A DNA stretch of 51,241 nucleotides, from positions 1 to 51,241 of the IMG/VR virus record IMGVR_UViG_3300037483_000317; one strand, written 5' to 3'. Numbering within the stretch: position 1 is the stretch's first letter; each line of letters begins with the position of its first letter. This DNA comes from a virus. Lineage: Duplodnaviria > Caudoviricetes. Under the pieces are notes generated by a model, which worked only from the letters and a program-made list of their open reading frames with translations, made no database searches and was not told the origin of the DNA. Positions 43,281 to 51,241 of this stretch are shown in pieces. The translations under genes were made by a program, and so were the position numbers.

Positions 43281-45013
43281 GTAACCACCGCCTCCGTCTC
43301 TTCGCTGTTGGCGTCCGACGATTCCTGGTTCTTGTCACCAGGCTGCGTCGGACTGTTTTCGCCGTCGCCGTCGCGGCCCATGTTCGGCATCGTCGTGTTG
43401 ATCTCCCAGAGCTTCATCAGCTTGAAGTTCTGGAAGATGCGCCGATAAATGCTCGACGCTGGTTGGCCAGTCTTTCGCTCGACCATGTCGCTGTGCGGCT
43501 TGATGCCACCTTCAATGAGCACCATTTCGTTGCGATCTTCGCGGGCTGGATCGATCGAAGCGCGGGCCGGCGGGATTGGTCGGCCAGCCCAATACATCCA
43601 CGGTGCGGAGCGGTAGGCCACCGAATCGATCTCCACTTGGCCAGTGACCACCATCCGCGTCACAAAGTGGGCATAGATGGCGAGCATCGTCTTGACGTGG
43701 CCTTTTTGCAGGACGTCGACCCCAGCTTCGTCGAGATTCCAAATGATCCTTGCGGCGTTGTACGCCAGGCCCGCCCAGTTGCCGGTGAGCATTTCGTAGG
43801 GCGTGCCGGCGCCAGCAGCGAACATCCGCCCCTGGTGTTCCATGAACGGCGAGAAGTTCGACGACGGGCTCGACGGGTTGAGAAATTCAATCGCGTCACT
43901 CTCGCCAATGTAGTGGAACGTGCCCGGCACAATATCGCGGACCCGCTTGCCGTCGGCAGTCTGGACAACGCCGTGCGATTCCATCACGTCGTCGATCGCC
44001 AAGTCGGTGCGGACAACCGCGGCCAAGCATGATTCGACGAATACCTTTTCGAGATACGCTTCGTCGGCATCTTGCGAGTTTTTGAGGCGCGGCGTGCCGA
44101 CCTGCATCCGCGGGAAGCCGCGATGCTGCCCTTCGTCGATCAGATGAAAATGATGAATCACCCGCGGCAGACCGTTCGGATAGGTCGCTGGATAGTACGT
44201 CCAGGTTTCCTTGAACGTCTTGTCGTCGCCCGGATGCGTGTCGCGGACGTAGTAGCCGAGGACGTCGCCGCCTTTGTCGAGCTGCACGCCCATCCGGACG
44301 TAATGATCGCCGAGCCAAGGTGCGGAGTCACCGTTGCTGACCGCACCGATGCCCGGTGGATTGGTGACGCGGTCCGGATGAATAACCTCGACCTTGAGAG
44401 TCGTCGGCGCCATCGCGTCAAAGCGATCTCCGACGAGAATGAACCACTCGCCGCGCCGTTCCCAGTATTCCTGACAAAGCTGTTGCAGTTGCCAGTATTC
44501 TTCGCCGCGCTTGCCGAGCCGACAGGCCGTCCGCTCCCAATTCTTGCGGAGTGTAAGATTCCATTTGTCAACCGTCTCTTCCGACTGGCCGACTTCTTCG
44601 TAGTCGATGTCCGGATCGATTGTGAATCCACAACCGACCACCCGAATCCGCCGGCCCTCGACGTGCGCCGTGCCGAGCTCGAAATTCTTCCGGGCGGAGT
44701 CGGCCCGCAAGATCATTTCGTCGCGGTCGTACTCAAGTGCCGAATCCGGCGAGAGCCGGCTGGTCAGCCAATTGTGGGCATCTGGCGACTTCTCCGCTGA
44801 ATGGAATCCACCTGTGCCGCCGCGGCCACCTCCGTCACGATCGGCTGAGAGCTTGCCGAATCGCTCGATCGACTTCTCAGCAAACTCACGACGCTTGCGG
44901 GCAACAAATCTAGCGTTGCCCTTTTTCGGATCGACGGTGTAGACGCACGAATCCACGAACGCGCCGAGTCGAGCGGCGATACTGCGTCGTGGTTCGGTGC
45001 TGCGTCGTGTCAT
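43277..45013 (-). CDS. Portal protein, lambda family
   Basis: VVGCGF, RRGEWF, VIHHF...GQHRGFP, YEMLTGNW...YNAAR, IDPARE. Confidence 0.9.
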   Translation of the reverse strand: MTRRSTEPRRSIAARLGAFVDSCVYTVDPKKGNARFVARKRREFAEKSIERFGKLSADRDGGGRGGTGGFHSAEKSPDAHNWLTSRLSPDSALEYDRDEMILRADSARKNFELGTAHVEGRRIRVVGCGFTIDPDIDYEEVGQSEETVDKWNLTLRKNWERTACRLGKRGEEYWQLQQLCQEYWERRGEWFILVGDRFDAMAPTTLKVEVIHPDRVTNPPGIGAVSNGDSAPWLGDHYVRMGVQLDKGGDVLGYYVRDTHPGDDKTFKETWTYYPATYPNGLPRVIHHFHLIDEGQHRGFPRMQVGTPRLKNSQDADEAYLEKVFVESCLAAVVRTDLAIDDVMESHGVVQTADGKRVRDIVPGTFHYIGESDAIEFLNPSSPSSNFSPFMEHQGRMFAAGAGTPYEMLTGNWAGLAYNAARIIWNLDEAGVDVLQKGHVKTMLAIYAHFVTRMVVTGQVEIDSVAYRSAPWMYWAGRPIPPARASIDPAREDRNEMVLIEGGIKPHSDMVERKTGQPASSIYRRIFQNFKLMKLWEINTTMPNMGRDGDGENSPTQPGDKNQESSDANSEETEAVVT

Positions 45014-45222
45014 CGGAATCCGTGCCGGCTGGTGGCCACGCCCACACCGCGCTTGGCGGCGAGTTGCTTTTCAAGGAGGGCGATTGCCTTGTCGACCGCG
45101 TCGAGGCTGGGAAAGCTCCGGCCCTTGCCGCGGATCGAGGCGGACTGGCCGCCCTTGAGAATGTCGAGCTTGCACTGCCGCGCGGCCGCAAGCTCCTCTT
45201 CAATTTTGGCGACCGTTGCCAT
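45010..45222 (-). CDS. gpW-like head-tail joining protein
   Basis: 70 aa; ILKGGQSASIRGKGRSF; between TerL and portal. Confidence 0.75.
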   Translation of the reverse strand: MATVAKIEEELAAARQCKLDILKGGQSASIRGKGRSFPSLDAVDKAIALLEKQLAAKRGVGVATSRHGFR

Positions 45223-45290
45223 GCGGGCAGAATACCCGCTTCAGAGTGCCGAAAACCGGAGGTTTGTCCTATTGATAGGAAAACAGGAGG

Positions 45291-45503
45291 CTATCTACGA
45301 GCGGCCGACTTCTCGATCGGCACCACGCGCTTATTGTCCTCGGGCCGACAGCCGCACAGATTGCAACCGTAGAATCGCTTCATGTGCCGTCCGTCGTCGG
45401 TCTGTTTGCTGTCCTTCACGACAAGTATCCCCTCACACGCAACACGCGGGCACGGCTGGCCAGCCAAATCGTCGACGATGATCATACGTCCGTTCGTACT
45501 CAT
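45291..45503 (-). CDS. Ogr/Delta-like zinc-finger protein
   Basis: CPRVAC...VKDSK...KRFYGCNLCG. Confidence 0.6.
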   Translation of the reverse strand: MSTNGRMIIVDDLAGQPCPRVACEGILVVKDSKQTDDGRHMKRFYGCNLCGCRPEDNKRVVPIEKSAARR

Positions 45504-47524
45504 CGCGATCGAATCCTTTCCCGCCGCACGCGGTAACGCTGGTGCCGCTCACTTCGGCCGGCACGTCGCGCCGACTCCTCGGGTCGCTTCTCGATAATGG
45601 GCGCTGGTAGCGGCTTCGCCGTCACCACGGTCGACGTCTGCCGCCGCTCGGCCACCCGCCAGTTGCCGCGGAACTTCACGTCCATCGCGCACCGACACAT
45701 CTTCAAGTCGTCTCGGAAGTCGTTCGCCTGTTCTGGCCAGCGCTTGCACCACAGATATTTGTCGGGGCTCATCTTCGACGGCGTGTCGCTAATCGTGCCG
45801 TTGCACAACTCCTCGACAAAATCCATGTCGGCGGCCAACTCAGCGGGAATCGACAGCGACCCCTCGTCGCCCGGCTTCAATTGGTCGATCTGCTTTTGGA
45901 TGATCGACTCGTAACAGAACGGGTTGTGCCGCACGCGCACCAAGCCACGCGCCCGCAGCGCCTGCCGCCGCATCGGCTTCGACTTGTGCTTCGTGTCGGG
46001 CCCGATGATCACCTTCACAAACGGCTCGCCGTTGCAATCGGTGTTGGCGCCTTTGAACGGCATCACCAGCCGATCCGGCCGGCTCCACGCCTTGCAGTGC
46101 GCGTGGACCTCGGGCGTGCGGTGCCCGTCGTCGATCGCCACGACCGCCGGCAGCAACTCGCCGAGCCCGTCCTCGTGTGGGATCCGTCGATCAACACACT
46201 GCGAATAGACTTCCTCCCACGTGTCGCAACTACCTCGATCGACAATCGCCAGCCGCTCGCCGGGCCCACAAGCGACCGTGAGCCACTTGAAATATTCCTC
46301 CTGCACGTCGACCGCCGCGAACAGCCACGTCGCCCACTTCGGAATCACGCCCGGCTTCGCGTCCTCGACCGACAACCGATCGGCCACGTCCTCGGGCTCA
46401 CTCTTGGTTCGGTAGGGCTTCCACGTCTCGGCCAGCCAGTCGGTGACAAACGACTGCAGCTTCGTCGGATTCTTGCGCGATGCGACGAACTCGGCCGCGA
46501 TGTCGCCCCAGCCGTAGAACAGGCTGTAGAGCGACGAGAGTTGGCCGCCCCAAACTTTGCAGTCGGGCCGAACGGGCTTGCCGCAGACGCGGCCTTTGCC
46601 ATCCACGCGGCAACCCTTCGGCACCCACTTGCCGCACCGCATCATCGCCGGCCGGTGCTCGTTGTAGATCGGCTTGCGACATTTCTTGGCGTGGCAGACG
46701 TACCGCGCCGTGCGCCGTGCCAGGTCAACGTCGAGCGTTCCATCCGACCCCTTGTCGAACTTGATCCCGCCCGCGTCCGGATCGTCGCTGCCCATCCGCA
46801 GCACAAAGTACGACCCGCAGTGCGGACAAGGCACGTAGTATTGGCACTGGTTCGACTCGGCAAACTGCTTGGCGATCCGCGAGTGCCCCTCCAACGAAGG
46901 CGAACACTCGACCAGAATCTTGTGGTCTGAAAATTCTTTAAACCGCTGAAAGAATAGATCGAGCACGTCGCCGTGCCGGTTCTGTCCGTCAATCGGCTTC
47001 TCGTTTTTGGGCTTGTCGACTTCGTTCGCCCAGCCGACACGCGCTTCGGTGTCGGCCAACTGACTCTCCGACCCAAACCAGACGCAACTCCACAAGCTGA
47101 GCGTCAACCGCAACGCCGTGGGATTGCGTAGCCGCGGGGGCATGAGCTGCCACGCCAGATGATGATTCGCTTCCAGCGCAGGATAGAACTTCTCCTTCAT
47201 CGTCCGCTTCAAGAGTGCTTCCGTCGCCGTCGCAAACAGGCCCTTGTACCGGTCGACGGCCATGATTTTCTGCATCCATTGAGTGCCGATTTGCGTCTTG
47301 CCGCACCGCGTGCCCCACATCAACACGACCTTGCGGATGGCCGGATCGTCGAGTGCGTCGCACACGCCCTCACCCCACGGCAGCATGGCGCCGTCGAACG
47401 GCTCGGCATCCTTAGTCCGCCCCTCAGAACAAATCCAATCCCAAGTCCGCACCTTGGCCGACGGGCGCAGAGCCGAGAGCACGTCGGCATTGAACACGAT
47501 GGGTGGGTTGAGCGTTGCAATCAT
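45500..47524 (-). CDS. Terminase large subunit, GpA family
   Basis: MWGTRCGKT (Walker A), ANEVDK (Walker B), CSPS, YYVPCPHCG, AAVDVQ. ATG 47524 is coupled to the upstream stop. Confidence 0.92.
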   Translation of the reverse strand: MIATLNPPIVFNADVLSALRPSAKVRTWDWICSEGRTKDAEPFDGAMLPWGEGVCDALDDPAIRKVVLMWGTRCGKTQIGTQWMQKIMAVDRYKGLFATATEALLKRTMKEKFYPALEANHHLAWQLMPPRLRNPTALRLTLSLWSCVWFGSESQLADTEARVGWANEVDKPKNEKPIDGQNRHGDVLDLFFQRFKEFSDHKILVECSPSLEGHSRIAKQFAESNQCQYYVPCPHCGSYFVLRMGSDDPDAGGIKFDKGSDGTLDVDLARRTARYVCHAKKCRKPIYNEHRPAMMRCGKWVPKGCRVDGKGRVCGKPVRPDCKVWGGQLSSLYSLFYGWGDIAAEFVASRKNPTKLQSFVTDWLAETWKPYRTKSEPEDVADRLSVEDAKPGVIPKWATWLFAAVDVQEEYFKWLTVACGPGERLAIVDRGSCDTWEEVYSQCVDRRIPHEDGLGELLPAVVAIDDGHRTPEVHAHCKAWSRPDRLVMPFKGANTDCNGEPFVKVIIGPDTKHKSKPMRRQALRARGLVRVRHNPFCYESIIQKQIDQLKPGDEGSLSIPAELAADMDFVEELCNGTISDTPSKMSPDKYLWCKRWPEQANDFRDDLKMCRCAMDVKFRGNWRVAERRQTSTVVTAKPLPAPIIEKRPEESARRAGRSERHQRYRVRRERIRSR

Positions 47525-47709
47525 TCGGTCGCTGCTTGCTCCGCCGCTTCGGTATCCTTGCCTAGTTCGTCCATCATTTCCTTTACGCCGCCCATCGCCG
47601 TACCAGCCAACTCGGCCGTCGTCGCGCACGATTGCAGCCGTTGAACCACGCCCTCGGGTCCGTATTCGATCACTTCAATTCGATAAACCTTTGTGGTGCC
47701 CGTTGCCAT
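47521..47709 (-). CDS. Small hypothetical protein between terminase genes
   Basis: 62 aa; GGAG RBS; ATGA-coupled to TerL. Confidence 0.5.
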   Translation of the reverse strand: MATGTTKVYRIEVIEYGPEGVVQRLQSCATTAELAGTAMGGVKEMMDELGKDTEAAEQAATE

Positions 47710-48316
47710 TGCGATGTTCTCCCTTTACAAAGTCAGTCACCGGCTGTTCGCTCAACCGCGTGAGCTTGTGCCGGATCAGCCGATCCATTTCCGCGACAGT
47801 CTGGTCGGCGACCTTCGCCGGCAACATTGGTTTCACGTGCCGCGGAATTTCCAAAATGCCATCGCGCAGCGTCGTGAGCGCCTCCGCCCATTCGCTACGC
47901 ACAATGTCAATCTCGACGTGCCGACCTTCCTCGGCCTGCAATCGCCTCACCTCACGTTTCGCTGTCGCCTCCGCCCGCGTGACCTCCGCAAGTCGCAAGC
48001 GGTCCGTGTACTGATCTGCGCCGCGGGCCTTGCTCACGTCGACGTGTCGTTTGAGCCACCACAGCAGCACGTCGGCGAGCGGAAACTTGTTCTCTTTGGT
48101 GGTGCCCCGCTTCGCGGTCCCTGGCATCCCGTCGCGCCGCCAGGTGTTTCGCACCGTCGCCGCTGACACGTTGAAAGCCTGTGCCACCTCCGACATGCTC
48201 TTGAGCACCACTCCGCCAAAGATGGCTCGAAGCTCGGCTTCGTCGACGTCGGAAGGCGCGAGCTTCACGATCAGCCGACACACCGCGATCGGATCGAGTT
48301 GTTTCACTTCGCTCAT
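47675..48316 (-). CDS. Terminase small subunit, Nu1-like
   Basis: SEVAQAFNVSAATVRNTWRRDGMP wHTH; RLRLAE...EEGRHV...ILEIP. Confidence 0.85.
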   Translation of the reverse strand: MSEVKQLDPIAVCRLIVKLAPSDVDEAELRAIFGGVVLKSMSEVAQAFNVSAATVRNTWRRDGMPGTAKRGTTKENKFPLADVLLWWLKRHVDVSKARGADQYTDRLRLAEVTRAEATAKREVRRLQAEEGRHVEIDIVRSEWAEALTTLRDGILEIPRHVKPMLPAKVADQTVAEMDRLIRHKLTRLSEQPVTDFVKGEHRNGNGHHKGLSN

Positions 48317-48407
48317 TCACCGACGGACCCCCAAGTGGGCTGAAACTTTTCGATCAATTGGCACGCAGCAATCGACGCCCACAAACCGTGCAGTCGTTAG
48401 TAGTGGA

Positions 48408-48584
48408 ACCATAAGGACTTACGCGCATTGCGCGCAAATTCATTTCGAGAGGCAACCACAAATCGTGCTCCAACGGGGGGAAGGACCCGACCGGCCCTCG
48501 TCGTAAGTCCTTATGGTACATTGGGTAAGCATAGACGTAAGTCCAATGCTCATTATGAGACGTTTTCGCGTAACGACTTACGTC
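48408..48584 (-). other. Putative cos packaging site
   Basis: cosQ-like GGGTCCT (48488-48482), candidate cosN at 48442-48463, 16-bp inverted repeat 48408-48423/48502-48517 and 10-bp inverted repeat 48534-48543/48575-48584. Confidence 0.7.
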
Positions 48585-48587
48585 ACC

Positions 48588-51227
48588 TCACAAACTCGAC
48601 GGCCGAACCTTGACATTGGCCACAAGTGTGTGCCCATCCACCGTGAGCACAGTCACCTTCAGTTGGTCCGTGTTGCCGCTTGTCCCGCCGGTCAATGCGA
48701 AGCGTACCGCAGTCGACAGCCAAAGTTCAGCCTCACCAACATCAGCAAAGGCTGGCGAGTCAACGTCGTCACCAACATCTGCGTCTGCTACCAACTCTAC
48801 CGACGTGATCGACGTGATCGCATCGCCAGTGGCCAGGACCGATCTGAAGTCACAGGCCACATCTTGTGTCTCTGTCGGGTCAATCACGATCGGGAATGGG
48901 GAGCCGATCTTGCCGTCTCGCCGCTGTACGGTCCACGTCAGTTGTTTTGGGACGCCGATCTCTGCGCCAATCGAGTTCGCCGCCAGCAACTGCAAACGTT
49001 CGTCTGTCGTGAACCCACCACTCGCAACTGCGGTCAAGCCACTCCCCTCCGTGCCCACGTTGTCCCGCCGCGCCTCGTCGCTGTCGGTGACGTTGCTGAA
49101 CGTGCCCGCTCCGCTACCCTCGTCGGCGTTGATCTCGGTGAGTTCCGGGGCGTTGTCGATCGCGATCCCTGCGTCTTTGCGGAGTGCGAGCTGCGTGTAC
49201 TTGCGAGTCTTGGTCAGCACTGCGGCCAGTTGCGTGCTGTTGGAATCAATCTCTTGGCGTACCTCAATGGCAGTCGGTGCCGTGGCACCAGGAATCTGGC
49301 CGAACGCCGTGACCGTGTAGGTCGTTGTTCCATCCGGCGTCGTCGCCCAATTTCCATTGACTGTCGCAACCTTGGTTGACCCCACGTAGTCGCTGATGAT
49401 CCGTGCTTGACCTGCCCCCGTGCCGCCGGTGAGTGTGAGAATCTGATAGTTGTAGTAATCGTCGGTTGCGACGGCGCCCGCTTGGAGCGTCAGCGTGCCG
49501 GCTGATCCGGCTTGGGCCGTGCCCGAGTCGCTGATATACGATCCAGAAACACCAGCAATGTCGGCGGCGAGGTCAACGGCTGGGGTTCCGAGCTTTGGCT
49601 GCATGTCGGCCGTGTCAATTAGGATTGCAGCGATCGAGGCATTATCAGGTGCCGTCGTGTTCGCCCCGTCCGTGCCGCGCATGTCCGTGTTCGTGGTCGT
49701 GGTGTCGGTCAGCGTTACCCGTGAGATGTGCCCGCTGCCGCTGATTGCGAGCGCAGCAAAGTTTGCCGGTAACGCGGCTGCGGGTGCGATCGCGTTGCCG
49801 CTGCCATCGAGCGCGAGCACTTGGTTCGAGGCGTTTCCGGTTGGTAGACCACCGCTTGCCGCCGGTTCCACGGCGGGGAGTGCGAGCAGTATGCGTGTTT
49901 TTGTGTCGTCGATTGTCTCGCGGTCCCAAATCGCATTGCTCCCGATCTTCGCCCCGCCATCCATGCGGCAACTCGCCGCCGCCACGACCCGCCCTGCCTC
50001 TCCACTGCCGGTCGCTCTGCCGCGCAGGTCGTTAACGCCCGCGCCGTTCGCGTTGCTCGTGACAATCCTTGCGCCGCGCAAGGCTACTAAAGGCGACGGC
50101 AAACCTTCTGAGCTGTTGTTAGCGGCAAGCACGCCATCGACTGTCGCCGCCAAACCGGAGTCAAGATTTCGCACTCGAATTAAACAATTAGAAGACGTAA
50201 CGATCGAGTTGCTTTCAGAAAAGATGCCGGCGAGCATTGTGCCAGAAGTGAGCGGATGACCGGTTGCGGGCACTACAACGTCGATTTCGCAATCTTCAAC
50301 CGACAGCACACCCGACGCTCCTCCTTGGGCGACCGTTGAGCCTGCTGCGTTGATTCCTCGAACAGATTGGGCTCCGCCAATTGAAACCGTGCCGTCGGTA
50401 AATAAAGAGCAGCGGTTGATGCGCGCCGAGCGCATGCCGTAAAGCACGACCACGTCCTGCTGGCTGATGAATCGGCTATCTTCAAAATGGCAAACACCGT
50501 TTCCGCCATTGAAATTGGTGATTGCGCACGCATCTTGCCAGCCAGAGCATGTACAGCGTTTGATCGTGATATCGCTAACATTCTGCCCCACAAACGCCAA
50601 TCCTGCCGTGTTCGTAATGTTTAACCCGTCGAGAGTGGTGCCATCCTCAAGATCGATTGCGCCGACAACAACGACGCTGCTCGTAATCGTGACGCTACCG
50701 GGTGCCGCGCATAGAGTGAGACCCTTTTTGCTGACATCAATTGCCGTCGTCGACATAGCGTAGGTGCCAGGCTTAAAAAAGATCGTGTCGCCTTCAGACG
50801 CAGCGGATATCGCCGCTGCTGGCGTTTCTAGTGGCGCGCTAAACGTGCCAGCGTTCGAGTCGCTACCGCCGCTTGCCGCCAAGTACCAAATCCGCCCGCC
50901 ACGCTCGTTGAACTTCGCGCCCTGATACGTGAGTGCGAAGCTCGCCGGCGCCATCATGCGGAAGTCACGGCCGATCGGCCCGACTGCATCCGCGTGGTCG
51001 ATTGCGACCACGAGCGTGTCGAGCGCCGCCGCCTCGTCGGCGTGCAGCGTGTATTTCCACTGATCGGTTTCGTCGACCGCCAGCGTGCCGGCCCCAGCGC
51101 CCCACGTGCCGTCGATGCAGACCCGCACCGTTGCGCCCGTGACCAGCCGCGTGCCGTCGCTCAGTTTGATGAGCGACTCGACAAAGTAAATCGTTTCGAT
51201 CACGCCAGTGCGTAGGAACCCGTTCAT
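48588..51227 (-). CDS. Beta-helix virion adhesin/tailspike-like protein, allele B
   Basis: 879 aa; WYLAASGGSDSNAGT..APLET...GDTIFFKPGTY beta-helix start; C-terminal Ig-like domain. Confidence 0.8.
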   Translation of the reverse strand: MNGFLRTGVIETIYFVESLIKLSDGTRLVTGATVRVCIDGTWGAGAGTLAVDETDQWKYTLHADEAAALDTLVVAIDHADAVGPIGRDFRMMAPASFALTYQGAKFNERGGRIWYLAASGGSDSNAGTFSAPLETPAAAISAASEGDTIFFKPGTYAMSTTAIDVSKKGLTLCAAPGSVTITSSVVVVGAIDLEDGTTLDGLNITNTAGLAFVGQNVSDITIKRCTCSGWQDACAITNFNGGNGVCHFEDSRFISQQDVVVLYGMRSARINRCSLFTDGTVSIGGAQSVRGINAAGSTVAQGGASGVLSVEDCEIDVVVPATGHPLTSGTMLAGIFSESNSIVTSSNCLIRVRNLDSGLAATVDGVLAANNSSEGLPSPLVALRGARIVTSNANGAGVNDLRGRATGSGEAGRVVAAASCRMDGGAKIGSNAIWDRETIDDTKTRILLALPAVEPAASGGLPTGNASNQVLALDGSGNAIAPAAALPANFAALAISGSGHISRVTLTDTTTTNTDMRGTDGANTTAPDNASIAAILIDTADMQPKLGTPAVDLAADIAGVSGSYISDSGTAQAGSAGTLTLQAGAVATDDYYNYQILTLTGGTGAGQARIISDYVGSTKVATVNGNWATTPDGTTTYTVTAFGQIPGATAPTAIEVRQEIDSNSTQLAAVLTKTRKYTQLALRKDAGIAIDNAPELTEINADEGSGAGTFSNVTDSDEARRDNVGTEGSGLTAVASGGFTTDERLQLLAANSIGAEIGVPKQLTWTVQRRDGKIGSPFPIVIDPTETQDVACDFRSVLATGDAITSITSVELVADADVGDDVDSPAFADVGEAELWLSTAVRFALTGGTSGNTDQLKVTVLTVDGHTLVANVKVRPSSL

Positions 51228-51241
51228 GCGTTCGCCCTCCG
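49485..51241. repeat. Right copy of imperfect terminal direct repeat (pairs with 1-1685)
   Basis: See left copy; this copy is 72 nt longer. Confidence 0.95.

Noticed and set aside
47525-47629. Longer TerL start given by the ORF track (47629)
   Set aside because: The extension overlaps the 62-aa gene and is low-complexity; ATG 47524 is translationally coupled.
49485-51241. Terminal repeat as attL/attR, LTR, T7-like DTR, DGR or invertible cassette
   Set aside because: It falls inside a gene, is in direct orientation with a divergent core, differences are not adenine-specific, no RT or invertase is seen, and a cos site exists elsewhere.

Overview
The window is an essentially complete, circularly permuted genome (about 49.5 kb unit) of a temperate tailed phage. 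The host is probably a Planctomycetota bacterium; this is an inference from Cys-rich tail-tip proteins and signal-peptide proteases. Nearly all genes lie on the minus strand. In order: lambda-type cos, Nu1/GpA terminase, gpW and portal, a Mu gpT-type capsid, a tail module with a -1 frameshift chaperone, a regulatory/integrase region, an early replication/recombination operon, an initiator-type tRNA-Met, a protease-rich putative lysis module and beta-helix adhesins. The two window ends (1-1685 and 49485-51241) are two alternative alleles of the same adhesin gene. The standout element sits in the early operon (22347-23936) and is a minimal phage CRISPR-like system. It comprises a 445-aa Cas12f/TnpB-like protein lacking all recognisable RuvC catalytic motifs, an upstream tracrRNA-like anti-repeat that can form an 18-bp duplex with the repeat, and a 4-repeat/3-spacer mini-array overlapping the gene's 3' end. 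One spacer partly matches (17/20 nt) the intergenic leader of this phage's own major capsid gene, suggesting RNA-guided silencing of capsid expression in related phages or in itself. All protein calls come from motif recognition by eye, not from database searches.
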